Below are positions 7,654 through 15,806 of a stretch of DNA of 20,000 nt, piece by piece. The notes under the pieces were generated by a model. The model ran no database searches and was not told the DNA's origin. It worked only from the letters and a program-made list of their open reading frames with translations. The first letter of the stretch is position 1, and each line of letters begins with the position of its first letter. Origin of the DNA: Actinomycetota bacterium (lineage in GTDB: Bacteria > Actinomycetota > Acidimicrobiia > IMCC26256 > VFJJ01); the NCBI GenBank assembly GCA_009886115.1, contig VFJJ01000069.1, positions 54,978 through 74,977 of the forward strand. Reading direction: 5' to 3'. The translations under genes and the position numbers were made by a program.

Positions 7654-8786
7654 AGCTGATCGGCAACTGCTTTTCTCGCCTCGAGATCGCCGAGCGCCGC
7701 TTCGGCCCGGGCGAGGAAGGCGGCTGCGAACACCTGGCGGGCCGCGGTCGCGTTCGCCGGGAACGTCACGATCTGGCAACAGGCCGGGACGGTGTAGGCC
7801 GCATGGAGCCGATGGGCGAGCCAAGCCTCGTCGTAGCTGATGGGGGCGGCGCCGAGCGCCCGTCGGACGTCGAGATAGTGGCGCAGGAGAGCGCGCTCGT
7901 GGGCTCGGCGGTCGTCGACCGACAGGGCCATGTTCATGAAGTAGCTCACGTCGCGCATGGGGCTCGTGATGTTGATGATCCCCCAGTCGAGGAAGCCCAC
8001 CCTCGCGCCAGAACCCGCGGCCACGTCGACGACGCTGCCGCTGTCGATGTCGATGTCGATGTCGATGAACAGGTTTCCGATGTGCGGATCGCCGTGAACG
8101 ACCGTGAGCGGGCCCCGGTGCCACAAGTGGTGCAGCGCTCGGTTGTCGGAGATGTAGAGCTCGGCGATCGCCGCGAAGTCCGTGCTCAGCCGGTCGCCGT
8201 GATGATCGAGCCCGTAACGCAGCATGTTCGCCCCGTAGCTGCGCCCGTGCGTGGCCTCGGGTATCCACGGCACCTCCAGCTCGCGCCGAGCCGGATCTTC
8301 GAAGCGCGCGTGGAGCTGGGCCAGGGCGGCGAGGGCCCCCATGGCGGCCTCGGGCGAGACGCCCCAGGTGCCGTCCGAAATCAGACAGTTACTACTATCG
8401 AGATCGTCGAGGGCGACGATGAATGCTCCGGTCTCATCGTCGAAGAGCGCAAGGTGCGCGTGCGGAAGCCGCATTGACAGCGTTGGCGCCAGCTCACGGT
8501 AGAAGCGCGCCTCGCGCTGTCCCATGCCGGTGGCGGCAACGGCGTCACGGCGAGAGCTCTCGAGTGGAAGCATCTTGACGAACAGGCTCGATGAGACCGG
8601 GTCGCTCCCCCCAGCTTCGACCTCGATCCGGAGCCGCACGTGCGTGTTCGTCACCTCACGAACGTCGAGCACCTCGACCGACGAGACGACGACACCAGGC
8701 TGGTGCTGCGAGAGTGCCGCCGTCAGCCACTCGGCGGTGATCTCCTCTGGAGTGGCCGGTATCCCCGTCGTCGAACCTCGGGACAC
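7644..8786 (-). CDS. Aminoglycoside/choline/ecdysteroid-kinase-like phosphotransferase
   Basis: ITAEWLTAAL, LFVKM, REARFYREL, LAQLHA, Brenner motif VVHGDPHIGN, GFLDWG, DVSYF. GAGGA upstream of GTG 8786. Confidence 0.85.
   Translation of the reverse strand: MSRGSTTGIPATPEEITAEWLTAALSQHQPGVVVSSVEVLDVREVTNTHVRLRIEVEAGGSDPVSSSLFVKMLPLESSRRDAVAATGMGQREARFYRELAPTLSMRLPHAHLALFDDETGAFIVALDDLDSSNCLISDGTWGVSPEAAMGALAALAQLHARFEDPARRELEVPWIPEATHGRSYGANMLRYGLDHHGDRLSTDFAAIAELYISDNRALHHLWHRGPLTVVHGDPHIGNLFIDIDIDIDSGSVVDVAAGSGARVGFLDWGIINITSPMRDVSYFMNMALSVDDRRAHERALLRHYLDVRRALGAAPISYDEAWLAHRLHAAYTVPACCQIVTFPANATAARQVFAAAFLARAEAALGDLEARKAVADQLSR
8043..8066 (-). repeat. 6-bp repeat GTCGAT x4 encoding IDIDIDID in the phosphotransferase
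   Basis: gtcgat gtcgat gtcgat gtcgat. Confidence 0.9.
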
Positions 8787-8797
8787 GTCGTCCGTCC

Positions 8798-9556
8798 TCA
8801 GGTCGGGTCGGTTGCGGACTCGGTCGACAGCAGGCGGCCGGCCGTCTCACTCACCCGGGCACCCAGTTCGGTCCGGCAGATGAGGAGGTCGGGCAGCCAT
8901 GGCCGTTCCTGGTTGTACATCAGCGGTGCGCCGTCGAGGCGTGTGACGTGCAGCCCGGCTGCGGTGGCAACGCCGGCGGGTGCGGCATTGTCCCACTCCC
9001 ATTGGCCACCGGCGTGGGCGTACACGTCGACCACGCCGAGGACGACAGCCATGGCCTTGGCCCCGGCCGAGCCCATGGGCACGAGGTCGGCGCCGAGCTC
9101 GTCGGCGAGCTGCTGGGTGAACGCCGGCGGTCGAGTCCGGCTCACCACGATCCGTGGGCGGGACGGAACGGGCCCGGTCGAGTTGGACGCAGGGACGCCT
9201 CCGGGGCCCGTGTGCAGGATCCGACCTTGTGCCGGCAGGCCAACAGCGGCCGCCGTGATACCCCGACCCCGCTCCCACAACGCGATGTGGACGGCCCAAT
9301 CTTCACGCCCTTCCTCGTTGTACTCGCGGGTCCCGTCGAGGGGATCGATGATCCACACGCGTTCGGCAGCGAGGCGCTTGAGGTCGTCGGCCGACTCCTC
9401 GGAGAGCACGGCATCTCCCGGGCGCTCGACCGCGAGCCGACCGAGGATGAGCCCGTCCGAACGCACATCGGCCTCGCCCGGACTGGTGGAGCGGACGGCG
9501 AGCAACAGCTCCCCGGCCGCGGCGGCGAGGTCGGCGGCGAGGCGGTGGTCGTCCAT
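8798..9556 (-). CDS. cysQ: 3'(2'),5'-bisphosphate nucleotidase CysQ (PAP phosphatase, actinobacterial type)
   Basis: [79 protein letters not shown]. Closely follows mycobacterial CysQ as recalled. ATG 9556 preceded by TACGCT. Confidence 0.92.
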   Translation of the reverse strand: MDDHRLAADLAAAAGELLLAVRSTSPGEADVRSDGLILGRLAVERPGDAVLSEESADDLKRLAAERVWIIDPLDGTREYNEEGREDWAVHIALWERGRGITAAAVGLPAQGRILHTGPGGVPASNSTGPVPSRPRIVVSRTRPPAFTQQLADELGADLVPMGSAGAKAMAVVLGVVDVYAHAGGQWEWDNAAPAGVATAAGLHVTRLDGAPLMYNQERPWLPDLLICRTELGARVSETAGRLLSTESATDPT

Positions 9557-9649
9557 GGGAGCGCAGCGTACCGGGAGGGGGTGTGTGCGACCGCTCCGGA
9601 TGTGCGACGCTGCCCGCACCGCACCGCACCGTGAGGGAGGAGGTCACCC

Positions 9650-10897
9650 GTGACCGCGACCGCTCGTTGGGACACGCTCGACCGGTACCTGCTGATCTCG
9701 ACCGACGGCCACGCCGGCGCCGACCTCCGCGACTACCGGCCGTACCTGGCATCGCGCTGGCTCGACGAGTTCGATGCCTGGGCCAATGCCTACGTGAACC
9801 CGTGGGGCGATCTCGTCAACCCCGACGCCGATCGCAACTGGAGCCACGAGCGCCGCGAACGCGAGCTCGACGCCGAGGGCATCGCCGCCGAGGTGCTGTT
9901 CCCCAACACCATCCCGCCGTTCTTCCCGTCGGGCTCGCTGCTCGCCCCGCTGCCCAGCGCAGCGCAGTACGAGCACCGCTGGGCCGGGCTCCAGGCCCAC
10001 AATCGGTGGCTCGCCGACCTGTGCGCCGCGCAGCCGGGCCGGCGCGCGGGCATGGCGCAGATTCTGCTGAACGATGTCGACGACGCCGTGGCTGAGATCC
10101 GTTGGGCCCGCGAGCACGGTCTCTTCGGCGGCATCCTGCTGCCCGGCGTGGCCCCCAACCATCCCGATGTCGCGCCGCTGTGGTCCGAGACCTACGAGCC
10201 CATCTGGCGTACCTGCGCCGAGCTCGACATGGTGATCAACCACCACAGCGGCGCCGGCCTCCCCGAGTACGGCATGACCGCCGCGGCTCGGGCCATCCAG
10301 CTCGTCGAGATCCCCATCTTCTCCCACCGCGCCTTGTGGCATCTGATCTTCGCCGGCGTCTTCGAGCGTCACCCATCGCTCAAGTTCGTGCTCACCGAGC
10401 AGGGGACGGGCTGGATCCCCGGCGGCCTGGCCAGCCTCGACTGGTTTCTCGGCCGAATGAAGCGGGCCGGCTCGGCCGAGGCCATGTTCGGCGGCGAGGC
10501 GGCCGCGAGACTTTCGCTCACCCCGACCGAGTACTTCGCCCGCAACTGCTGGGTCGGCGCCAGCTTCATCCGCCCCATCGAGGTCGACATCCGCCATCTC
10601 GTCGGCGTCGAGAAGATCATGTGGGGCGCCGACTACCCCCACAGCGAGGGGACGCAACCGCTCACCCGGGAGGCGCTGCGGGCGTCGTTCGCGAACGTGC
10701 CCGCCGACGAGTGCAGGCTCATGTTCGCCGGCAATGCGGCAGACGTGTACGGCTTCGACCTCGCGGCTCTCGCCGCCGTGGCCGAGCGCATCGGACCGAC
10801 CGTCGCCGAGGTGCACGTCCCCTTGGCGACGGCCGATTTCCCGACCGACACCACCTGCGGCGCCTTCGACCGCGACGCCATCATCCGGAGCTGGTAG
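9650..10897 (+). CDS. Amidohydrolase family protein (Amidohydro_2 type)
   Basis: Strong SD GGAGGAGG before GTG 9650. ISTDGHAG, ELDAEGIAAEVLFPN, AHNRWLADLC, NHHSG, GVFERHPSLKFVLTE, MWGADYPHSEGT. Confidence 0.9.
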   Translation: MTATARWDTLDRYLLISTDGHAGADLRDYRPYLASRWLDEFDAWANAYVNPWGDLVNPDADRNWSHERRERELDAEGIAAEVLFPNTIPPFFPSGSLLAPLPSAAQYEHRWAGLQAHNRWLADLCAAQPGRRAGMAQILLNDVDDAVAEIRWAREHGLFGGILLPGVAPNHPDVAPLWSETYEPIWRTCAELDMVINHHSGAGLPEYGMTAAARAIQLVEIPIFSHRALWHLIFAGVFERHPSLKFVLTEQGTGWIPGGLASLDWFLGRMKRAGSAEAMFGGEAAARLSLTPTEYFARNCWVGASFIRPIEVDIRHLVGVEKIMWGADYPHSEGTQPLTREALRASFANVPADECRLMFAGNAADVYGFDLAALAAVAERIGPTVAEVHVPLATADFPTDTTCGAFDRDAIIRSW

Positions 10898-10943
10898 CCC
10901 CGACCCCAGCCCCCAGCCCCGGGGGGTGTGGGGTGGATGGCGG
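10898..10943. other. C-tract/G-tract intergenic element between convergent stops (G-quadruplex consensus on the minus strand; imperfect hairpin possible)
   Basis: CCCC ga CCCC ag CCCCC ag CCCC (10898-10920), followed by GGGGGG tgt GGGG t GG at GG c GG. Confidence 0.6.
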
Positions 10944-12218
10944 CTACAGGGTGGCCCGCCACCACCGCGCTTGGGCGATGACGGCCGGGTCGGTCGTTAC
11001 CAGTGACGGGTCCTGGCCCAGATCGGCTGGCGTGGGCCCGATGCGGTCGGCGATGGTCCGCAGCGCGTCGGTGTCGAAGCCGTAGACGCGAGCACAGGTC
11101 TCACCCAGCAGCAAGCGGGCGTCAGCGAGCGGGACGTCGGCGAAGTCCTGGCGGAGCCGGGAGATCGTGTTGGGCCAGGTGCCCTCGGGGTGCGGATAGT
11201 CGGTGCCCCACATGGCGACGTCGCAGCCGATGGCGTGACGGCGGCGGATCTCCTCCTTCGACATGGTCGAGGCGCCGATGAAGACGTTCGTGCCGAAGTA
11301 CTCCGACGGGAGCTTCGACAGCTTGCCCGCCATCATCGCGGCCATCTTCTTGGTGGTGTGACCACCGCCGAAGTACACGTCCCACTTCCACATCATGTCG
11401 GGGGCCCAGTACGCAGCCGCCTCCGTCACGACGAACCTCAAGCCGGGGAAGCGCTCGAAGGCCCCCGAGAACAACAGATGGGCGATGGGACGGGTCGTCC
11501 ACCACACCACCTCGGCGAGATAGATCCCGATGTTGTCGCCGTACTCGTCGCGTGGGGCCTCGCCCGAGTGCACGTGGACGGGCAGGCCGTGGACCTGACA
11601 CGCGGCCCAGATCGCGTCGTACGCCACGTCGTTGTACGGCAGGCGATCGCGCCACATGGTCGGGATCATGATCCCGCGAATGCCCGGCTGCCGGGCGGCC
11701 CATTCGATCTCGGCGACACCTCGTTCGATGTCGTGACAGATCGGCACGAGCGCGATCCCGGCTCGCCGCTCGGGATGCTCCGAGCACAGCTCGGCCAGGA
11801 ACCGGTTGTGGGCCCGGGCGCCGGCGAAGGCCAGGTTGGGATCGGCGATCGCTCCCGCAGACAGCCCAGCTCCGAACGGCGGCGACTCCATCCCGGTGAT
11901 GGCGTCGCTGTCGGGGAACAGCACCTCGCCAGCCACACCGTCGGCGTCGAGCTCCTTGTCCCGCCGGGCCGGATCGTGGGCGCCCTGGAGACCTTCTGCG
12001 TGGTCGGTCTCCCAGTTCATGATGTAGTCGTAGTTCATGCGCAAGGCCTCACCGCGAGCCGCCTCTCGCTCGGCGAGGAACGCGTCGAACTGCTCGGTGT
12101 AACGAGCGTCGAGGTAAGGCCGGTACTCGTCGCAGCGCAGCCCGGCATGGCAGTCGGACGACACGATCATGTAGCGCTCGCTCGTGGGGGTCATGGCGGC
12201 GCCGGTGCGTTCGTCCAC
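10944..12218 (-). CDS. Amidohydrolase family protein (Amidohydro_2 type), paralogue of 9650..10897
   Basis: GTG 12218 lies just after the upstream gene's stop, with AAGGA; alternative ATG at 12194. VSSDCHAG, ELDADGVAGEVLFP, AHNRFLAELC, HVHSG, GAFERFPGLRFVVTE, MWGTDYPHPEGT. Confidence 0.9.
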   Translation of the reverse strand: MDERTGAAMTPTSERYMIVSSDCHAGLRCDEYRPYLDARYTEQFDAFLAEREAARGEALRMNYDYIMNWETDHAEGLQGAHDPARRDKELDADGVAGEVLFPDSDAITGMESPPFGAGLSAGAIADPNLAFAGARAHNRFLAELCSEHPERRAGIALVPICHDIERGVAEIEWAARQPGIRGIMIPTMWRDRLPYNDVAYDAIWAACQVHGLPVHVHSGEAPRDEYGDNIGIYLAEVVWWTTRPIAHLLFSGAFERFPGLRFVVTEAAAYWAPDMMWKWDVYFGGGHTTKKMAAMMAGKLSKLPSEYFGTNVFIGASTMSKEEIRRRHAIGCDVAMWGTDYPHPEGTWPNTISRLRQDFADVPLADARLLLGETCARVYGFDTDALRTIADRIGPTPADLGQDPSLVTTDPAVIAQARWWRATL

Positions 12219-12220
12219 GT

Positions 12221-13012
12221 TCAGTCCTTTGCGCCAGCCCCGAGAACCGAGAGGTCGTCGTAGCGCTGGTGCACGAACGGCAGGAGCCACTCGGCTGGGA
12301 CGGTGCCCTGGATCTCGCCGATCTGATGCGTGGCCCGCTCGGTCCAGTTGAGGTCGACCACACGGCGCACCACGAGATCGGCGATGGGGTCGAGCGGGGA
12401 GTCCTTCAGGATGATCTCGCCGTCGATCCCCTCGTGCACCCGCGACCGCTCGTGCTTCCTTCCGTACACGAGCAGCGGATCACGGTCGAGGCCGACGCCA
12501 TCGGGAGCCTGTCCGAGCTTGAAGTAGAAGTCGATCTTGTCCTTCTCGTAGGCCGGACGGGTTCCCGTGATGCGACCGCGGATCTCGCAGACCGTGAAAC
12601 CCATGCGGGCCATGACCCCTTCCACCTGATCGCCGTCACGCTTCACCCACACCTCACCGATCTTCTTGGGCTCGCCATAGGTCTCGCGCCCGCCGACGGT
12701 CGCCTGCTCGGTGGTCATCGGCATGAACAGCGGGTACTCGCCCTCGACGTCGCCGTGGCGGGCCCGCACGCCGAACCACCCAGCGCCGAACGGGCGTCCA
12801 CCGGGCATGGTGACCGTGGTGATCGTCGCCCGGACGAGGGGCCCGGCCTCCGAGGAGGGTTCAAGGGGCCGGGGCAGGATCGCCGCGATGATCTCGGGAT
12901 CGGTCTCGTAGATGCACGTGATGGCCTCCGACCAGATCTCGGCCGTGGTGGCCTCGACCTCACGGTTCCGGCGCTGAGCGGGCTGGCGCGCTGCGTAGCG
13001 AATCGTGCTCAT
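12221..13012 (-). CDS. Acetoacetate decarboxylase (ADC) family protein
   Basis: GGAGG SD before ATG 13012. YETDPEIIAAILPRPLEP, GEYPLFM, GGRETYGEPKKIG (Schiff-base Lys motif), SPLDPIADLVV. Confidence 0.85.
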   Translation of the reverse strand: MSTIRYAARQPAQRRNREVEATTAEIWSEAITCIYETDPEIIAAILPRPLEPSSEAGPLVRATITTVTMPGGRPFGAGWFGVRARHGDVEGEYPLFMPMTTEQATVGGRETYGEPKKIGEVWVKRDGDQVEGVMARMGFTVCEIRGRITGTRPAYEKDKIDFYFKLGQAPDGVGLDRDPLLVYGRKHERSRVHEGIDGEIILKDSPLDPIADLVVRRVVDLNWTERATHQIGEIQGTVPAEWLLPFVHQRYDDLSVLGAGAKD

Positions 13013-13144
13013 GGTCTCGACCTCCATTGCTTCCAGGTGGCACTTCGACGAGCCAGCGTGGCACGTGGCCGGCGCTGCCGCAACGGTGGTGTCGACCCTG
13101 GATCGAGCTGGCGACGCTGGCCGGTGTGGGCTGATCGTCGTCGC

Positions 13145-14914
13145 TCAGCGCTTGGCTGCGGTGAAGTACGGAGCTCGGCCCGCCCGGTGGTCGGTGATGT
13201 CGACAACGGCCACGACCTCGGGCCCGAAACGCTCTCGCAGCAAGGGTTCCACGCCCTGGCGCAACGTGACCTCCGAGAGCGTGCAACCCTGACAGCCTCC
13301 GACGAAGCGCAGGCGCACCGTTGCGTCGGGCGCGACGCCGGCAACCACGACCCGTCCACCGTGGGCCGCGATCGCCGGGTTGACCGAAGCGTCGAGGAAC
13401 TCGGTGATCCGCTCGGCCAGCGTGTGACCGTGACCGGGCGCACGAGCATGACCGGGACCGGGCTCGGGTCGGGGCTCGATCGCGATGGCGTCGAACGGGC
13501 CGACGAACACGCGCTCGATCGACGGATCGTGGCGGCGGATCTGACGGTCGATCGCATCCCGCATCGGCCCCAGCGCTCCCGGCGAACCCGTTGCCTCGAG
13601 GTGCACCTCGGTGTCTCGGCGCTCGACGAATCCCAGCCCACCCCCACGAGCGATGGCCGTGGGGCGCAACGACTCCTCGACGAGCCTCGCCACAGGATCG
13701 AGCGGCAGCCGCCGTGACGGCACCGATCGAACGGCCGCCGCCCGCGGCGTCGCGCCAGGCTCCTCGCCGCTCGCGGTCGCATCGAGAGCCTGCCGCAGAT
13801 CCGCGGCGATGTCGTCAAGGGCCTCCAGCCCCACCGAGATCCGCAACAGGTCGGCCGGGACCGGCGACGACGGACCCTCCACGGTCTTGCGGTGCTCGAC
13901 GAGCGTCTCGGTGCCACCGAGCGACGTCGCCCGCTTCACCAACTCCAGCCGGGACAGCACTTCCAGAGCCGCGGCCTCCCCACCACGCACCTGCACCGAG
14001 AGCATCGTGCCGAAGCCACCGTCCATCTGCCGGACCGCGATCTCATGACCCGGATGCGACACCAGGCCCGGATAGAGGACGGTCGTCACACAGTGATGAC
14101 CGTCGAGCTGCTCGGCCAGGGCCAGGGCCGTGGCGCACGAGTGGCGCACACGGACATACAGCGTGCGCATGCCCCGTAGCAGCAACCAGGCCTCCATCGG
14201 CCCGGGCACGTTGCCCGTGCTGCGACGCCAGGCCCTGATGCGTTGCACGAAGCCGTCGTCGTGGGGGAAGACGATCGCACCGGCGAGCACGTCACCGTGA
14301 CCGTTGAGGGCCTTGGTGGCGCTGTGCATCACCAGGTCGGCCCCGAGCGCCAGCGGACGGGTGAGGACGGGGGTCGACACCGTGGAGTCGACGACAACCC
14401 GGGCGTGGGCCCGATGGGCGAGCGCGACCACGGCCTCGATGTCGGTGATGTCCCACGTGGGGTTGGCTGGCGTCTCGACCCACACCAGCCGGGTCTGTCC
14501 CGGACGCAGCGCCCCGGCGAGGGCTGCGAGGTCGCCGGTGTCGACGTACTCGACGTCGACACCCCACGAGACCGCGAACTCCGACAACCACTTCCTCAGG
14601 CCCCAGTAGACGATTCGGGGAATGAGCACATGGTCGCCCGGCACGAGAGCGCAGAAGATCGACGTGGCCGCGGCCATCCCCGACGAGAACAGCATCGCCC
14701 CGGCCCCACCCTCCAGGGCCGCCAACAACCGCTCGGGCTCCTCGAACGCGGGACTGTCGGCCCTGGAGTACCCGCGGGCGTCGACCAACGTGTTGTCGGG
14801 CCGACGCTCGAACGTCGTGCTCATGTGCACCGGCGACACCAGCGCTCGCGTCGCCGGGTCGACGTGCCCCAGCGCCTGCGCTGCCAATGTCTCGGGCGAG
14901 AGCGACCAGTCCAT
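13145..14914 (-). CDS. Fusion: cystathionine gamma-synthase/lyase-family PLP enzyme + degenerate Nfu domain + NfuA-type Nfu domain (CQGC)
   Basis: N-terminal ~380 aa: YSRADSP, LAALEGG, FSSGMAA, IVYWG, WVETPANPT, VVDST, HSATK (PLP Lys), LYPGL..HPGH, ATSLGG, LLRISVGLE. C-terminal part: VNPAIAAHGGRV..VRLRFVGGCQGCTLSEVTLRQGVE..VVDITDHRAGRAPYF. Single uninterrupted frame. Confidence 0.88.
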   Translation of the reverse strand: MDWSLSPETLAAQALGHVDPATRALVSPVHMSTTFERRPDNTLVDARGYSRADSPAFEEPERLLAALEGGAGAMLFSSGMAAATSIFCALVPGDHVLIPRIVYWGLRKWLSEFAVSWGVDVEYVDTGDLAALAGALRPGQTRLVWVETPANPTWDITDIEAVVALAHRAHARVVVDSTVSTPVLTRPLALGADLVMHSATKALNGHGDVLAGAIVFPHDDGFVQRIRAWRRSTGNVPGPMEAWLLLRGMRTLYVRVRHSCATALALAEQLDGHHCVTTVLYPGLVSHPGHEIAVRQMDGGFGTMLSVQVRGGEAAALEVLSRLELVKRATSLGGTETLVEHRKTVEGPSSPVPADLLRISVGLEALDDIAADLRQALDATASGEEPGATPRAAAVRSVPSRRLPLDPVARLVEESLRPTAIARGGGLGFVERRDTEVHLEATGSPGALGPMRDAIDRQIRRHDPSIERVFVGPFDAIAIEPRPEPGPGHARAPGHGHTLAERITEFLDASVNPAIAAHGGRVVVAGVAPDATVRLRFVGGCQGCTLSEVTLRQGVEPLLRERFGPEVVAVVDITDHRAGRAPYFTAAKR

Positions 14915-14922
14915 GGCCGAGG

Positions 14923-14928
14923 ACCGTA
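14923..14928 (-). promoter_or_regulatory. Putative -10 box TACGGT, 8 nt before the fusion gene ATG (leaderless-type)
   Basis: Minus strand reads ggggc TACGGT cctcggcc ATG GAC TGG. Confidence 0.5.
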
Positions 14929-15073
14929 GCCCCGGACCAGGATCACGCGAGGAGCAGGCGCGGCCGCCGGAGCCCGTTGGTGCGCGAGCGGTCGCAGGTG
15001 CTCGATCGGTCGACCGACGGCGGTGGGCGGCTCCGGGTCGGTCCGCCCGGAATGCCGACCACCACCTCGATCG

Positions 15074-15334
15074 TCAATGGCAGGCCGTTGTTCCCGAGTC
15101 GGTGAAGGTCTGACCGGCGACCGGGAGGAAGTTCCACGAGCAGCTGCCGGCCGAGAGCGTCAGCTTGAGCACGCCGAAGGTCGTGTCGTTGGCAGCCTCG
15201 CGCCGTGCATCCGGTCTGAGCACGTTGTAGTCGTGATTCCCTGGCGAGGGCAGGGTACGCGCCTTGTGGCGACCCCACGTCGGGTTGTAGCAGTTCGTGA
15301 ACTCGGCGGCCGTAGGATTCCGGCGGAGGGGCAC
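15074..15334 (-). pseudogene. Metallophosphoesterase (calcineurin-like/purple-acid-phosphatase-type) remnant with N-terminal loss and internal deletion
   Basis: TAAEFTNCYNPTWGRHKARTLPSPGNHDY is joined within about 12 aa to the family's typical C-terminus NDTTFGVLKLTL..SCSWNFLPVAGQTFTDSGTTACH. Only 86 aa, and the other metal-binding motifs are absent. Confidence 0.7.
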
Positions 15335-15360
15335 GACACCCCGTCGATGAGGAGGACGTC

Positions 15361-15795
15361 ATGTCGGTCAAGTACACGCCGTCGCACTTCGGGATCTGCG
15401 TCACCGACCTGCAGCGGTCGCTGCGCTTCTACTGCGAGGGCCTCGGGTTCGAGGCGGCCGAGACCTACGTGATCGGCAACGAGTTCTCGGCTGGGTTGGA
15501 AGTCGACGGCGAGGTCGACCTCGACGCCGTGTTCATCCGCAATGACGCCATGGCCATCGAGCTCCTCGCCTACCGGTCGCCGCATCCCACAGGACGCCCG
15601 TCGGCCAGCCGGGGCCAGCTCGGCCTCACCCACTTCGGGTTCTGGGTCGACGACGTCGACGAGGCCGCGGCCCGACTCGTCGCGCACGGCGGCACGCTGC
15701 TCACCGGCACCCGGTGCAAGACCGACACCGTCGAGATGATCTTCGTCGAGGACCCCGACGGCGTGCGCGTCGAGCTCATGAAGTCGAACCTGTAG
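15361..15795 (+). CDS. VOC / glyoxalase-bleomycin resistance family protein
   Basis: SD GAGGAGG at 15349-15355. SHFGICVTDLQRSLRFY..LGF, IELL.Y, GLTHFGFWVDDVD, FVEDPDGVRVELM. Confidence 0.9.
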   Translation: MSVKYTPSHFGICVTDLQRSLRFYCEGLGFEAAETYVIGNEFSAGLEVDGEVDLDAVFIRNDAMAIELLAYRSPHPTGRPSASRGQLGLTHFGFWVDDVDEAAARLVAHGGTLLTGTRCKTDTVEMIFVEDPDGVRVELMKSNL

Positions 15796-15806
15796 CGACC
15801 TCCCCG

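Noticed and set aside
7644..8786. Aminoglycoside resistance gene
   Set aside because: Length and motifs fit the broad EcKinase/APH-like actinobacterial family. Nothing specific points to antibiotic substrates, and there is no mobile context.
6437..9556. RtcB + kinase + 3'-phosphatase as a novel RNA end-healing system
   Set aside because: The kinase is an APH-like small-molecule type and CysQ is a PAP phosphatase. Both are on the opposite strand from rtcB, and RtcB does not need end healing.
13028..13144. Possible riboswitch or structured RNA between the fusion gene and the ADC gene
   Set aside because: Only a short GC-rich inverted match (GCCAGCGT/ACGCTGGC) and no recognisable SAM-riboswitch consensus. 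An Rfam/Infernal scan would be needed to claim anything.
14943..15404. 153-aa minus-strand ORF and other small ORFs upstream of the fusion gene
   Set aside because: No recognisable motifs. They overlap the phosphoesterase remnant in another frame and the VOC gene start.
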